Of a DNA stretch of 64,000 nt, positions 49,956 through 58,519 are shown piece after piece. Where the stretch lies: contig JAPSGB010000007.1 of assembly GCA_035063585.1 (NCBI GenBank), positions 1-64,000 on the forward strand. Direction: 5' to 3'. Position numbers and translations under genes: made by a program. Position 1 is the stretch's first letter; every line of letters begins with the position of its first letter. This stretch comes from Polyangiaceae bacterium. GTDB taxonomy: Bacteria > Myxococcota_A > Polyangia > Polyangiales > Polyangiaceae. The notes under the pieces are model-generated. The model did not search any database. It saw only the letters and a program-made list of their open reading frames with translations, and was not told where the DNA came from.

Positions 49956-51068
49956 TCAAGCGCCGCGGCCTCGACTCGCGAGCTCTTCGTAGAGTCGCTC
50001 GTAAGCGCCGGCGATGACGCGCGCGTCGTACCGCCGCCGGATGGCGGCGCGCGCGGCCTCGATGGTCCGTGCGCGTGTGGCCTCGTCGTCGCTCACCGCG
50101 AGGGCGACCCGCACCAGAGCCGCGTCGTCGCCGAGCGGGACCTTCGTCGCGCCCTCGAGCTCCGCGAGCGGCCCGTGGTCGAGCACAACCACCGGGACGC
50201 CGAGCGCCATCGACTCGAGCAGAACGATGGGCAGGTCGACCTTGCCGTGGAGATCGTCGACGGGAAAGAGCACGGCGCGCGCGCCGGAGATCAGCGCGAG
50301 CACATCGGGGAGCTCACGAACCAAGCGCACGTTCGGGGAGCGCAGGCGGCGCTCGAGCGCCTCGGCGATCCGAGCGGCCGCGGCGGTCTTCTCGCGATAC
50401 GCGAACACGACCACCGCGTCGGGGTGCGCCTGTACGAGCGGCGCGACGCATCGCGCGACGGCTTCCGCGCCGCCGCTCGTCTCGAGATCCCCCGGGTATA
50501 CGAAGAGTGGCGCTCCCTCGCTGATGTCGAGCTGATGACGGACTCGCGCCGTCGCGTCGGCGCTCCGCGCGAGCAGCGCTCCGACCGGCGGCGGGATGAT
50601 CTCGACGCGGAGCGCTCCGCCGCCCTGCTCGGTGATGCGCTCGCGAGTCCAGCGGCTCTGAGCGACCACCACGTCGCCGAAGAGCAGCCGCCCGAGCCCC
50701 TCGAAGCTCCGCGGGGGCGAGGCCACGGTCTGCACGACCGGAACCCGACGGAGGCTCGACAGCGTACGCCCAATCATCGAGGTGCGCGGGTTCGGCGCGA
50801 ACACGAAGTGCCAGACGTCCGAGTGCGAGCGCGTGAGGAGCCAGAGCGCCGCGCGCGCGTTGTCAGCGAGGGAGGGCGCGAAGCCGCCCGCCCCCGCGTA
50901 CACCGGCTCCGCGCGAACCCGCGCGCCCGGCGGCTCCGCTCCCCGCACCGACATCACGATCGGCTCGAAACGCTCGAGGTGCGTCGCGACGTCGCGCACG
51001 AGGCACTTGGTGCCATCGTGATAGGGGGGCGCGATCGGCTTCGAGACGAACAGCACCCGGGGCGACAT
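49956..51068 (-). CDS. Glycosyltransferase family 4 (GT-B)
   Basis: RVLFVS N-terminus; D-L-PIVLLESMALGVPVV; YERLY C-terminus. Start ATG 51068. Confidence 0.85.
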   Translation of the reverse strand: MSPRVLFVSKPIAPPYHDGTKCLVRDVATHLERFEPIVMSVRGAEPPGARVRAEPVYAGAGGFAPSLADNARAALWLLTRSHSDVWHFVFAPNPRTSMIGRTLSSLRRVPVVQTVASPPRSFEGLGRLLFGDVVVAQSRWTRERITEQGGGALRVEIIPPPVGALLARSADATARVRHQLDISEGAPLFVYPGDLETSGGAEAVARCVAPLVQAHPDAVVVFAYREKTAAAARIAEALERRLRSPNVRLVRELPDVLALISGARAVLFPVDDLHGKVDLPIVLLESMALGVPVVVLDHGPLAELEGATKVPLGDDAALVRVALAVSDDEATRARTIEAARAAIRRRYDARVIAGAYERLYEELASRGRGA

Positions 51069-51086
51069 GCCGGCGATGATGCCCAA

Positions 51087-51896
51087 CTATTCGGCGGCGT
51101 GCATCAGCGCCTCGGGGGCGCGGCGGATCGCGCTGTCCACTGCCGCCACCAGGACCGCGTGTCGAAGCTCGGCGTCGCGGCGGCGATCACGGGCCTCCTC
51201 CGGGCTCGCCTTGGCGCTCGCCGAGCCCGAGACGGTGCCAGCGATCGACTCCTCCGGCATCCGGTGCACGACGTACTCGACCCGCGCCGAGTACACGATC
51301 TCCACACCTTGCCGCGAAGCCTGGAGCTTCTTCAGGCGACCGGTGACCATCACCACCGGTGGCTTGCGCTTTGCGGCCGCAGCCTTGTAGTCGTCATCAT
51401 CGGTGAGCACCTGGACCCCCGGCAGCTCGCCGAGCCGATCGCGCGAGGCGCGCTCGACCTCGACCATGAGCGTGCCGGAGCTGGTCCCGGCCCCATCGCG
51501 GATCTTGCCGAGCTTCACCAAGACCTTGGGCTTGTCGGCGGCGCCGGCCTTCTCGAGGGCGCCGATGGTCGCTTTCACCTGGGCGCGCACCGCCGGAGAC
51601 TCGTCCGCGGCGTGAGCCTTGAGCGCCGGCAGGGCCCGCCGATCTCCGAGCGCCTTCAGCGCAGCGGCCGCGGCGGCTCGCACCGCGGCGTTGCCGTCGT
51701 CGAGCGCGGCCTCGAGCGGCCGGCGCGCAGCCGCGCTCCGCGTCTTGCCGAGCTCGAGCGCGGCTTGCACCCGCACTCGGAAATCCGGCCCCCGCTCGAG
51801 CCGCTCGATGAGGGTGGGCACGTCCGGCCGAGCGCCCGCTGGGACCGTCACCACGAGGGCGAGCGCCAAGAACAGCCACGAGAGAGAGCGAGACAT
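51087..51896 (-). CDS. Secreted HEAT-repeat protein
   Basis: ATG 51896 with signal peptide (…VPAGA). Repeats RVRVQAALELG, AVRAAAAAAL and PAVRAQV. Confidence 0.85.
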   Translation of the reverse strand: MSRSLSWLFLALALVVTVPAGARPDVPTLIERLERGPDFRVRVQAALELGKTRSAAARRPLEAALDDGNAAVRAAAAAALKALGDRRALPALKAHAADESPAVRAQVKATIGALEKAGAADKPKVLVKLGKIRDGAGTSSGTLMVEVERASRDRLGELPGVQVLTDDDDYKAAAAKRKPPVVMVTGRLKKLQASRQGVEIVYSARVEYVVHRMPEESIAGTVSGSASAKASPEEARDRRRDAELRHAVLVAAVDSAIRRAPEALMHAAE

Positions 51897-52042
51897 CTCA
51901 GCAGAACCGCACGCCGGAGCGACTCTAGCTCGCCTACGCGTCGGGCGGCGGAGATCTCCCCCACGCAACGAGCGATTGGTGTCACTCGCGGGCACATCCG
52001 CGCCGCTCGGCGCACCTTGGCGCACCTCTCGGCGGCGCTGGA

Positions 52043-52630
52043 CTATTCGGCTGCGAGCGCTTCGATCTCGGCCGCGAAGGTGCGCTCGTCTCCGGCGCGG
52101 TAGCCGGCGTGCACGAAGCGCACCACGCCGCGCTTGTCGATGACGAAGCTGGTCGGCATGGTGATGGGCTGGTACTTGCCGGCGACCTCCTGGCCCTTGT
52201 CCCACGCGAGCGGGAACTTCGCGCCCGTCTCGCTCGCGAAGCCAGCGATGCCGCTCGAGTCCTCGTCGACGCTGATGCCGACCAGCACGAGCTTGTCGCC
52301 ATATTTCTCCACGAGCTTCTGGTAGACCGGAAAGGACTCCCGGCAGGGCGCGCACCAGGTCGCCCAGAAGTCGACGATCATGACCTTGCCGGCGCCGTCG
52401 GCGAGCGAGACGCTCGGCGCGCCCGACTGAGCCTCGAGCTTGAAGTCCGGCGCCGGGGCCCCGACGAGGGCGCTGTCCTGGCCGCCGCTCTTGGCGGCCG
52501 GGCCCATCGCGAGGTTGCACCCCGCGAGCGCCCCCCCGCTCGCGGCCACGAGCCCCCAAACTCCGAGGGCCAACGCGCCGAGCAGGCTCCGGACGCCCGC
52601 CAACTGCGAAAACGAGGACAATCGCGCCAT
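52043..52630 (-). CDS. TlpA/ResA-like thiol-disulfide oxidoreductase lipoprotein
   Basis: LAGC lipobox, APDF, DFWATWCAPC, MPTSFVID. Start ATG 52630. Confidence 0.9.
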   Translation of the reverse strand: MARLSSFSQLAGVRSLLGALALGVWGLVAASGGALAGCNLAMGPAAKSGGQDSALVGAPAPDFKLEAQSGAPSVSLADGAGKVMIVDFWATWCAPCRESFPVYQKLVEKYGDKLVLVGISVDEDSSGIAGFASETGAKFPLAWDKGQEVAGKYQPITMPTSFVIDKRGVVRFVHAGYRAGDERTFAAEIEALAAE

Positions 52631-52686
52631 CACTCTCCCTTGCCCATGAAAGGCTTCACGCAAGCACGGTCCGCCGCGCGAGCCTA

Positions 52687-54288
52687 CTACTTCTCGGTGG
52701 CCCCGCCCGTCTTGATGCACACGGTCCGGCCTGGCTTGGCGCCCGGCTCGCAGAACGGCGCGCGCTGCTCTTCCCAGCCCTTCGGCGGCTTGAAACCCTT
52801 CGGCGGCGTATCCGGGCAGCCGTCGTCGTCCTCGAAGCCGTTCCAGGTCTCGGGCTCGCCGTCGCACTGATCCTTTTCGTCGGGGACGCCGTCGCTGTCG
52901 TTGTCCGGATCCGGGCAGCCGTCGGTGTCGTCGAAGCCGTCGGTGTCCTCGGGTTCGTTCGGACACTGGTCACGCGAGTCGGGCACGCCATCCCGATCGC
53001 TGTCCGGCTCGTCGGGGCAACCGTCGTCGTCCTTGTAGCCGTTCTTCGTCTCGGGCTCGTTCGGGCACTGGTCCCGGTCGTCGGGGATGCCGTCCTTGTC
53101 GGTGTCGCGGATCGGGCAGCCGTCCGCGCTCTCCGCGCCGCCCGGCTCGGTCGGGCACCGATCCCGATCGTCGGGGATGCCGTCGCCGTCGCGGTCCGTT
53201 GCGGGGCAACCGTTCAAGCTGGGGTTCGAGCTCGCGACCCCGGCCTCGTCGGGACACGCGTCGTTGTGATCGGTGATCCCATCCTGGTCGCGATCCCCTC
53301 CCTCGTGGACGTACATGACCCCGAGGAAGGCGCGCAGCCGCGGCACGCCGATGCCTTGGATCAAGCCCGTCCCGGCGCCGGCCTGGATCACGAAGGGCGA
53401 GTCGAGCGGCGTCACCTGGATGCCGCCGTCGATTTCCATGCTGTTGGTGCCGTTCTTCGAGCTGAACTTGGTCGCGCCGTAGTCCTCGACGACGATGCGC
53501 AGCACGGGGCTGACGTTGAAGCCGACGCCGATGCCGTAGCGAAACTCGGGCCCCAGGGTCGTGGAGCCGACCCGCCCGTCACCGCGGTAGAGCGCGGCGA
53601 GGTTGCCGCCGACGGTCAGCGGCCCGGCGGCGCCGTCGAAGATGCCGCGAAGCCCCGCGGTCGGGGTCTGATCTCCGAGGTAGTTCCCCTTCGCCGTGGC
53701 GTGTCCCAGCGGGCCCGTGACGAACGCGCCCACGCCGGCGACGAACGGGTCGTCCGGTGCGCCGCTCAACCGGAACTTGCCTTCGAGCTGAGCGTCCCCG
53801 AGCCCGACGGCGCTGAGGCCTGCCGGATCCCCGAGGCCGCTCTCGGTGAGCCCCTGCCCCTTCACCCAGGTCACCGGGACGCTGAGGCCGATCTGCAGTC
53901 GAGGGATCGGCGTGAGCGACGCCAGCGCGACCCCCGTGACCATGTTCTCGACGACGTTTACGTCCTGCTGTGTGGCGTTCGGGTCGCTGCAGTTGGTCTC
54001 CGACTGGCAACTCCGGACGACGAAGGGCAGATAGGCGTAGTTCACCACGAGCCCGCCGCTCCAGCTCATCTCGCCGTCGGTGCGGACCCCGCGAACCGAG
54101 AAGTAGTTGCGCGGACCGGGCGCGGGATCGAACCGCTGCACCGAGAACTCGCCGTCGGTCGCCTGGGCCTGAGCAACCGCGGGGACGAACAGGACGCCGG
54201 CCGCGCCAACCCAACCGAGGAGCCTGGCTCCGGAGCTGATGAGCTCAGGCACGCGCCGAACGATGACGGGAAGAAGCTGTGCTTTCAT
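52687..54288 (-). CDS. Outer-membrane beta-barrel protein with thrombospondin type-3 repeats (no OmpA-C domain)
   Basis: Signal peptide (AQA), QRFDPAPG and amphipathic strands ending RAFLGVMY. About five D-x-D-x-DG(I/V)-x-D-x-x-D-x-C modules. Confidence 0.82.
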   Translation of the reverse strand: MKAQLLPVIVRRVPELISSGARLLGWVGAAGVLFVPAVAQAQATDGEFSVQRFDPAPGPRNYFSVRGVRTDGEMSWSGGLVVNYAYLPFVVRSCQSETNCSDPNATQQDVNVVENMVTGVALASLTPIPRLQIGLSVPVTWVKGQGLTESGLGDPAGLSAVGLGDAQLEGKFRLSGAPDDPFVAGVGAFVTGPLGHATAKGNYLGDQTPTAGLRGIFDGAAGPLTVGGNLAALYRGDGRVGSTTLGPEFRYGIGVGFNVSPVLRIVVEDYGATKFSSKNGTNSMEIDGGIQVTPLDSPFVIQAGAGTGLIQGIGVPRLRAFLGVMYVHEGGDRDQDGITDHNDACPDEAGVASSNPSLNGCPATDRDGDGIPDDRDRCPTEPGGAESADGCPIRDTDKDGIPDDRDQCPNEPETKNGYKDDDGCPDEPDSDRDGVPDSRDQCPNEPEDTDGFDDTDGCPDPDNDSDGVPDEKDQCDGEPETWNGFEDDDGCPDTPPKGFKPPKGWEEQRAPFCEPGAKPGRTVCIKTGGATEK

Positions 54289-54481
54289 GGGGACCCAACC
54301 GAGCCAAACTCGCCGAGAATTCCGAATGGGTATCAGGCTCGCACAAGCCAGGCACGGTTCGCAATCATCATCGAGGGGAAGGCGCCCCGCGCCCCCGAAC
54401 GCGCCCGCGACGGGCGCCGTGCGGCGCGCGTCCGTCCGGCCGGACCTTGGGCGGAAGGCCGCGCGGGGTTAGGGTCCGGCG

Positions 54482-55621
54482 GTGGCGGTCTGTCTCAGCT
54501 GCCGGAGCGTCATCGAGGACGCGGCGCGGTATTGCCCTCACTGCGGGATCTCGGTGTCGCGCCCGAGGCCTGCCTCTCGCATCACCTCGGGCTCCGAGCT
54601 CGAGCTCGGCTGGGGCAAGGTCGTGGTGGGCGGTATCGTCGGCGAGGGCGGGATGGGCGTGGTCCACCGCGGCTGGCTCTATTACGACCCGGACGGGCCC
54701 CGAGGGGCGACGCCGCCGCACCCGGTGGCGATCAAGGTGCTGAACCCGCTCCTCAGGGGGCGCGAACGCGTGCGGCGGCTGTTCCTCGGTGAAGCGACCG
54801 CGCTCGCCCGGCTGTCGCACCCGAACATCGTGCATTTCTTCGCGCTCTATCAGGAAGACCAGCTCGCCATCGTCATGGAGCTCGTCGAGGGCGAACCGCT
54901 GAGCTCCACCATCGACCGGCACCGACGCGCGGCCCAACCGGGCGGCATCCCCTGCATGCCCTTCATGCTCGCTTGGCACGTCTTCTCACAGCTGCTCGGC
55001 GCGCTCGCCGCGATCCACGCGCTCGGGATCATCCACCGCGACGTGAAGCCGAGCAACGTGCTGGTCCGTCCCGACGGCGTCATCAAGCTGACGGATTTCG
55101 GCATCGCGCGCGTGCCCGCCGACGAGGCCGCGAACACCGGAGGGATGGCGCCCGGCACCGGCGCCTACATGGCCCCCGAGCAGGTGCTCGGGCGCGAGCT
55201 CGACCCTCGCGCAGACCTCTACGCCGCGGCCATCGTCCTCTTCGAGATGCTGACCGGGGTGACTCCCTTCGACCGGCCCGAACGCAACGAGATGATGGTG
55301 CGGACCGCGCAGGTCGAGGAGACGCCCCCCCCGCTGACCCGACTGGTCCCGCAAGCGCCCGCGGTGCTCGACGTCCTCATTGCGCGCGCGCTGGCCAAGG
55401 ATCCGGTCCACCGATTCGGCTCGGCCGTGGAGCTCGGGGAGACCTTTCGGCGGTCCCTGCAGCTCCCCGAGTCTCCCGGCTGGCTGGCGCAGCAGAGGCT
55501 GGCCGACCACGCGGTCGCCATCTCGCAGGTGGCGCTCCCGGCTCACCCTCGCCCGGCCCCGACCGAAGCCGATCACGCCGAAGCGCTGCGAACCGCGGTG
55601 ATGGCGGCCTATCGCAGTTGA
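54482..55621 (+). CDS. Cytoplasmic Ser/Thr protein kinase with N-terminal zinc ribbon
   Basis: CLSC/CPHC, GEGGMG, VAIK, HRDVKPSN, DFG, YMAPE. No TM. Confidence 0.92.
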   Translation: MAVCLSCRSVIEDAARYCPHCGISVSRPRPASRITSGSELELGWGKVVVGGIVGEGGMGVVHRGWLYYDPDGPRGATPPHPVAIKVLNPLLRGRERVRRLFLGEATALARLSHPNIVHFFALYQEDQLAIVMELVEGEPLSSTIDRHRRAAQPGGIPCMPFMLAWHVFSQLLGALAAIHALGIIHRDVKPSNVLVRPDGVIKLTDFGIARVPADEAANTGGMAPGTGAYMAPEQVLGRELDPRADLYAAAIVLFEMLTGVTPFDRPERNEMMVRTAQVEETPPPLTRLVPQAPAVLDVLIARALAKDPVHRFGSAVELGETFRRSLQLPESPGWLAQQRLADHAVAISQVALPAHPRPAPTEADHAEALRTAVMAAYRS

Positions 55622-55689
55622 CAGTTCGAACCGCCGCATGCGAAACCTGCCCGCGGAACTGCTGCACTTTTAAGCGGAGATCCGCGCTC

Positions 55690-57819
55690 ATGCCCAAAGG
55701 GTCCGTCGTCTCGCTGCTCGCCCTGGGCGTCGTCCTGGGCGCTCGTACCGCAACCGCACAGCCCGCCCCTGCGGCGCCGCCGGCTGCCGAACCTCCGCCC
55801 GCCGGAGCGCCGGCGCCGGCGCCACCGACCGACGCACCCGACGCCCCCGCGCCGGACAGCGCGACCGTGGCCGAGCCCGACGCGCCAGCGACCGCGCCGC
55901 CGACCACCCCGCGCGCGGGCGCCGGGGCCGGCTTCACGCCGATGCCGCGCTGGTCTCAGCCGAGCGCCGAGCCGAGCGAAGCCGGTCGCGGCTCGGGCAC
56001 GGTCGCATCCGATCCGAAGCAGGCCGACGCCGAGCGGGTGTACGCCGAGGACTGGTGGTCGCACGCGCGCCCCATCGTCGAGCTGCACGGCTACTACCGG
56101 CTCCGCGCGGAGATGTTCTACAATTTCTCGCTCGGTCGGATCGACGCGCCCTCGAACGCGCTCTGGCCGATGCCGATCGACAACCGCTATAACACGATCT
56201 ACGGCCAGGGCTCCTACGGTCCCTCGCTCTGCACCGGCGCGGACTCCGTGGAGGCGCCGAACGACAGCAGCGACCCGGCGCAGGCCAAGTGGCCGTGCAA
56301 GAGCAAGACGCAGGCGGGCGCGAACATGCGCTTCCGTCTCGCTCCCGAGCTCCACATCTCGGACAACCTGAGGGTCATGAGCCAGATCGATCTGCTCGAT
56401 GACCTGGTGCTGGGTTCGACGCCGGAGGGCTACGCGAACGCGCCGTCGTCGAGCGGCGGCTACGCGGTCGTGAAGCGCGGCGGCTACGCGCCACTCGGGG
56501 CCTTCGACGTGACCCAGGAGCCGCCCAGCGCCGGGCTGAACAGCGTCCGCGACAGCATCCGCGTGAAGCGCGTCTGGGCCGAGTACATGACGCCGGTCGG
56601 GCAGCTCCGGTTCGGCCGCATGCCGAGCCAGTGGGGCCTCGGCATCCTCGCCAACGCCGGAGATGGCTACGACGACGACTATCAGAGCACCGCTGACCGG
56701 CTCATGTTCGTCACCGGTATCAAGTCTCTGGACCTCTACTTCGCGGGCGCGTGGGACTTCGTGAACGAGGGCCCGACCAGCGAGAGCCAGCAGCAGGCCG
56801 AGGGCCAGCCCTACGATCTCGCTCAGGGCGACGACGTCGATCAGTACGTCATGGTGGTCATGCGAAAGACCAGCCCCGAGCTCCAGAAGCTCACGCTGGC
56901 CAAGGGCGGCGTGGTGCTGAACGGCGGCATGTACGTGGTCTATCGGGCCCAGAAGCTCGCCGCCGACCAGAGCGGCGCATGCACCGGCGCCGCGGCGCTC
57001 GGCTGCCCGAGCGACACCATCGCGCAGGGGTACGTGCATCGCGGAGCGCGCGCGTGGATCCCGGACCTCTGGCTCCAGGTGCTCTACAAGAAGTTCCGCT
57101 TCGAGATGGAGGCGGTCACGCTCCAAGGCTCGATCGACAACACCCAGTTCAGCGGTGGCGGCAGCGACTACAACAACACGCTCGGGGACGACGGCTGGAA
57201 GATCCGTCAATATGGCATCGCGGCCGAGCTCGAGCAGCGCCTGGTGGAAGACAAGCTCCGGCTCGAGTTCAAGTGGGGCTGGGCGTCCGGCGATCCGGAC
57301 GTCAACAGCCCCATCGCGGGGGGCCTCAGCCCGGGGTTCAACGGGCTCCAGCCCCAGCTCGGCGACCGCACCATCTCGACCTTCCGCTTCCACCCGAGCT
57401 ACAAGGTCGATCTCATCCTGAACCGGAACATCCTGAGCCGCGTCCAGGGCAGCTACTACTTCCGACCGAGCGTCGACTACGACTTCCTCCGCAACGTCGA
57501 CGGCCAGCGGCTCGGGGGAGGTTTCGCGGCGATCTGGACGCGAGCGAGCGAGTTCATCCAGACGCCCGGGCACGACGCGAACCTCGGAATCGAGCTCGAC
57601 GGCACGCTCTACTTCCAGTCGAAGGACGGCGCGCTGAACGACGACCCGAACCAGAAGGGCGGGTTTTACACGGCGCTCCAGTACGGCGTGCTCTTCCCGC
57701 TCGCGGGCCTCGGCTACCAGCCGAACGAGGCGGCCCGGCTCCAGCGGGACCTGAACGCCGGCGCGGCCGAGACCAGCGCGGCGCAGATCCTACGCTGGTA
57801 CCTCGGCGTATTCTTCTGA
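55690..57819 (+). CDS. TIGR04551-like outer-membrane beta-barrel protein
   Basis: ATG 55690 with signal peptide and Pro/Ala linker. HGYYRLR, GRMPSQWGLGILAN-x-G, GWASGD, FRFHPSY; terminal WYLGVFF. Confidence 0.82.
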   Translation: MPKGSVVSLLALGVVLGARTATAQPAPAAPPAAEPPPAGAPAPAPPTDAPDAPAPDSATVAEPDAPATAPPTTPRAGAGAGFTPMPRWSQPSAEPSEAGRGSGTVASDPKQADAERVYAEDWWSHARPIVELHGYYRLRAEMFYNFSLGRIDAPSNALWPMPIDNRYNTIYGQGSYGPSLCTGADSVEAPNDSSDPAQAKWPCKSKTQAGANMRFRLAPELHISDNLRVMSQIDLLDDLVLGSTPEGYANAPSSSGGYAVVKRGGYAPLGAFDVTQEPPSAGLNSVRDSIRVKRVWAEYMTPVGQLRFGRMPSQWGLGILANAGDGYDDDYQSTADRLMFVTGIKSLDLYFAGAWDFVNEGPTSESQQQAEGQPYDLAQGDDVDQYVMVVMRKTSPELQKLTLAKGGVVLNGGMYVVYRAQKLAADQSGACTGAAALGCPSDTIAQGYVHRGARAWIPDLWLQVLYKKFRFEMEAVTLQGSIDNTQFSGGGSDYNNTLGDDGWKIRQYGIAAELEQRLVEDKLRLEFKWGWASGDPDVNSPIAGGLSPGFNGLQPQLGDRTISTFRFHPSYKVDLILNRNILSRVQGSYYFRPSVDYDFLRNVDGQRLGGGFAAIWTRASEFIQTPGHDANLGIELDGTLYFQSKDGALNDDPNQKGGFYTALQYGVLFPLAGLGYQPNEAARLQRDLNAGAAETSAAQILRWYLGVFF

Positions 57820-57849
57820 GCGGCGCGGCCGGCGGGCTCCGCCGCTCAG
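57816..57849. terminator. GC hairpin between convergent genes
   Basis: CTGAGCGGCG / CGCCGCTCAG perfect 10-bp inverted repeat containing both stop codons. No U-tract. Confidence 0.4.
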
Positions 57850-58472
57850 TCTTTCCACGCGAGCTCGAACTCGCACGCCGGGCCGCCCTTGGCGCGGCAC
57901 GCGAGTTCGGTGACCCGCACCTCGCGCCGCGGGACGAGCTCGAGCGAGCCCTGCATCCAGCCCGCGATGGTGGCGCAGTGCTCTCGGCGCGGCATCGGGA
58001 AATCTACGATCGCCACGCGGAGCCCTGAGCTCCCCGCCGGCCGGCTCACCAGGCGGCCGCGATCATAGTGATGGCTCCACAGGCTCGACGCGAGCGACAG
58101 CAGCGTGGCTGGGCGCAAGCGACGCATGATGATCTGACGCCACGGGCCGACCTCATACGACGCGGTGAACCGCCCGCTCTCGAAGATGAGGTCGCCGCGG
58201 CGGTCGTCGAACGTCCGCTCGAGCAGGGTCAGCGCCTCGACGAACAGCGCGAAATCGGCCCAGCCGCCCCGCCGGTTCGCCGGCTCGCCCGCGAACAGGC
58301 GGATGAGCTCCGGCGACGCGGCGTCACGGTAGCGACGAAGCCCCTCACCCCCGAAGCGATGCCGCACGAACGCCTCGCGAGCACGGATCGTCGCGGCCTG
58401 CACCCGGCAGCTCACACCGTCTTCGACTCTAGCCATTCCCCACGCCCGCCGGCGCTCACTTCGCGGCGCCAC
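57846..58472 (-). CDS. Small ligand-binding-type protein (TIGR02265/DUF2378- or V4R-like)
   Basis: FV-x-x-RFG, GW, GRF-x-A, W-x-x-x-Y-x-x-G, C-x-x-x-x-GW and C-terminal C-x-x-x-G-x-x-x-CEF-x-x-x-W. Alternative start ATG 58436. Confidence 0.7.
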   Translation of the reverse strand: MAPRSERRRAWGMARVEDGVSCRVQAATIRAREAFVRHRFGGEGLRRYRDAASPELIRLFAGEPANRRGGWADFALFVEALTLLERTFDDRRGDLIFESGRFTASYEVGPWRQIIMRRLRPATLLSLASSLWSHHYDRGRLVSRPAGSSGLRVAIVDFPMPRREHCATIAGWMQGSLELVPRREVRVTELACRAKGGPACEFELAWKD

Positions 58473-58519
58473 TCCTCACTATAGCGAAAATCGACCGAGC
58501 TGCTATCGGATCGGAGGCC

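Noticed and set aside
49954..49959. TTGACA upstream of the RNase H gene as a promoter
   Set aside because: It overlaps the glycosyltransferase stop codon and no plausible -10 box lies 16-18 nt downstream.
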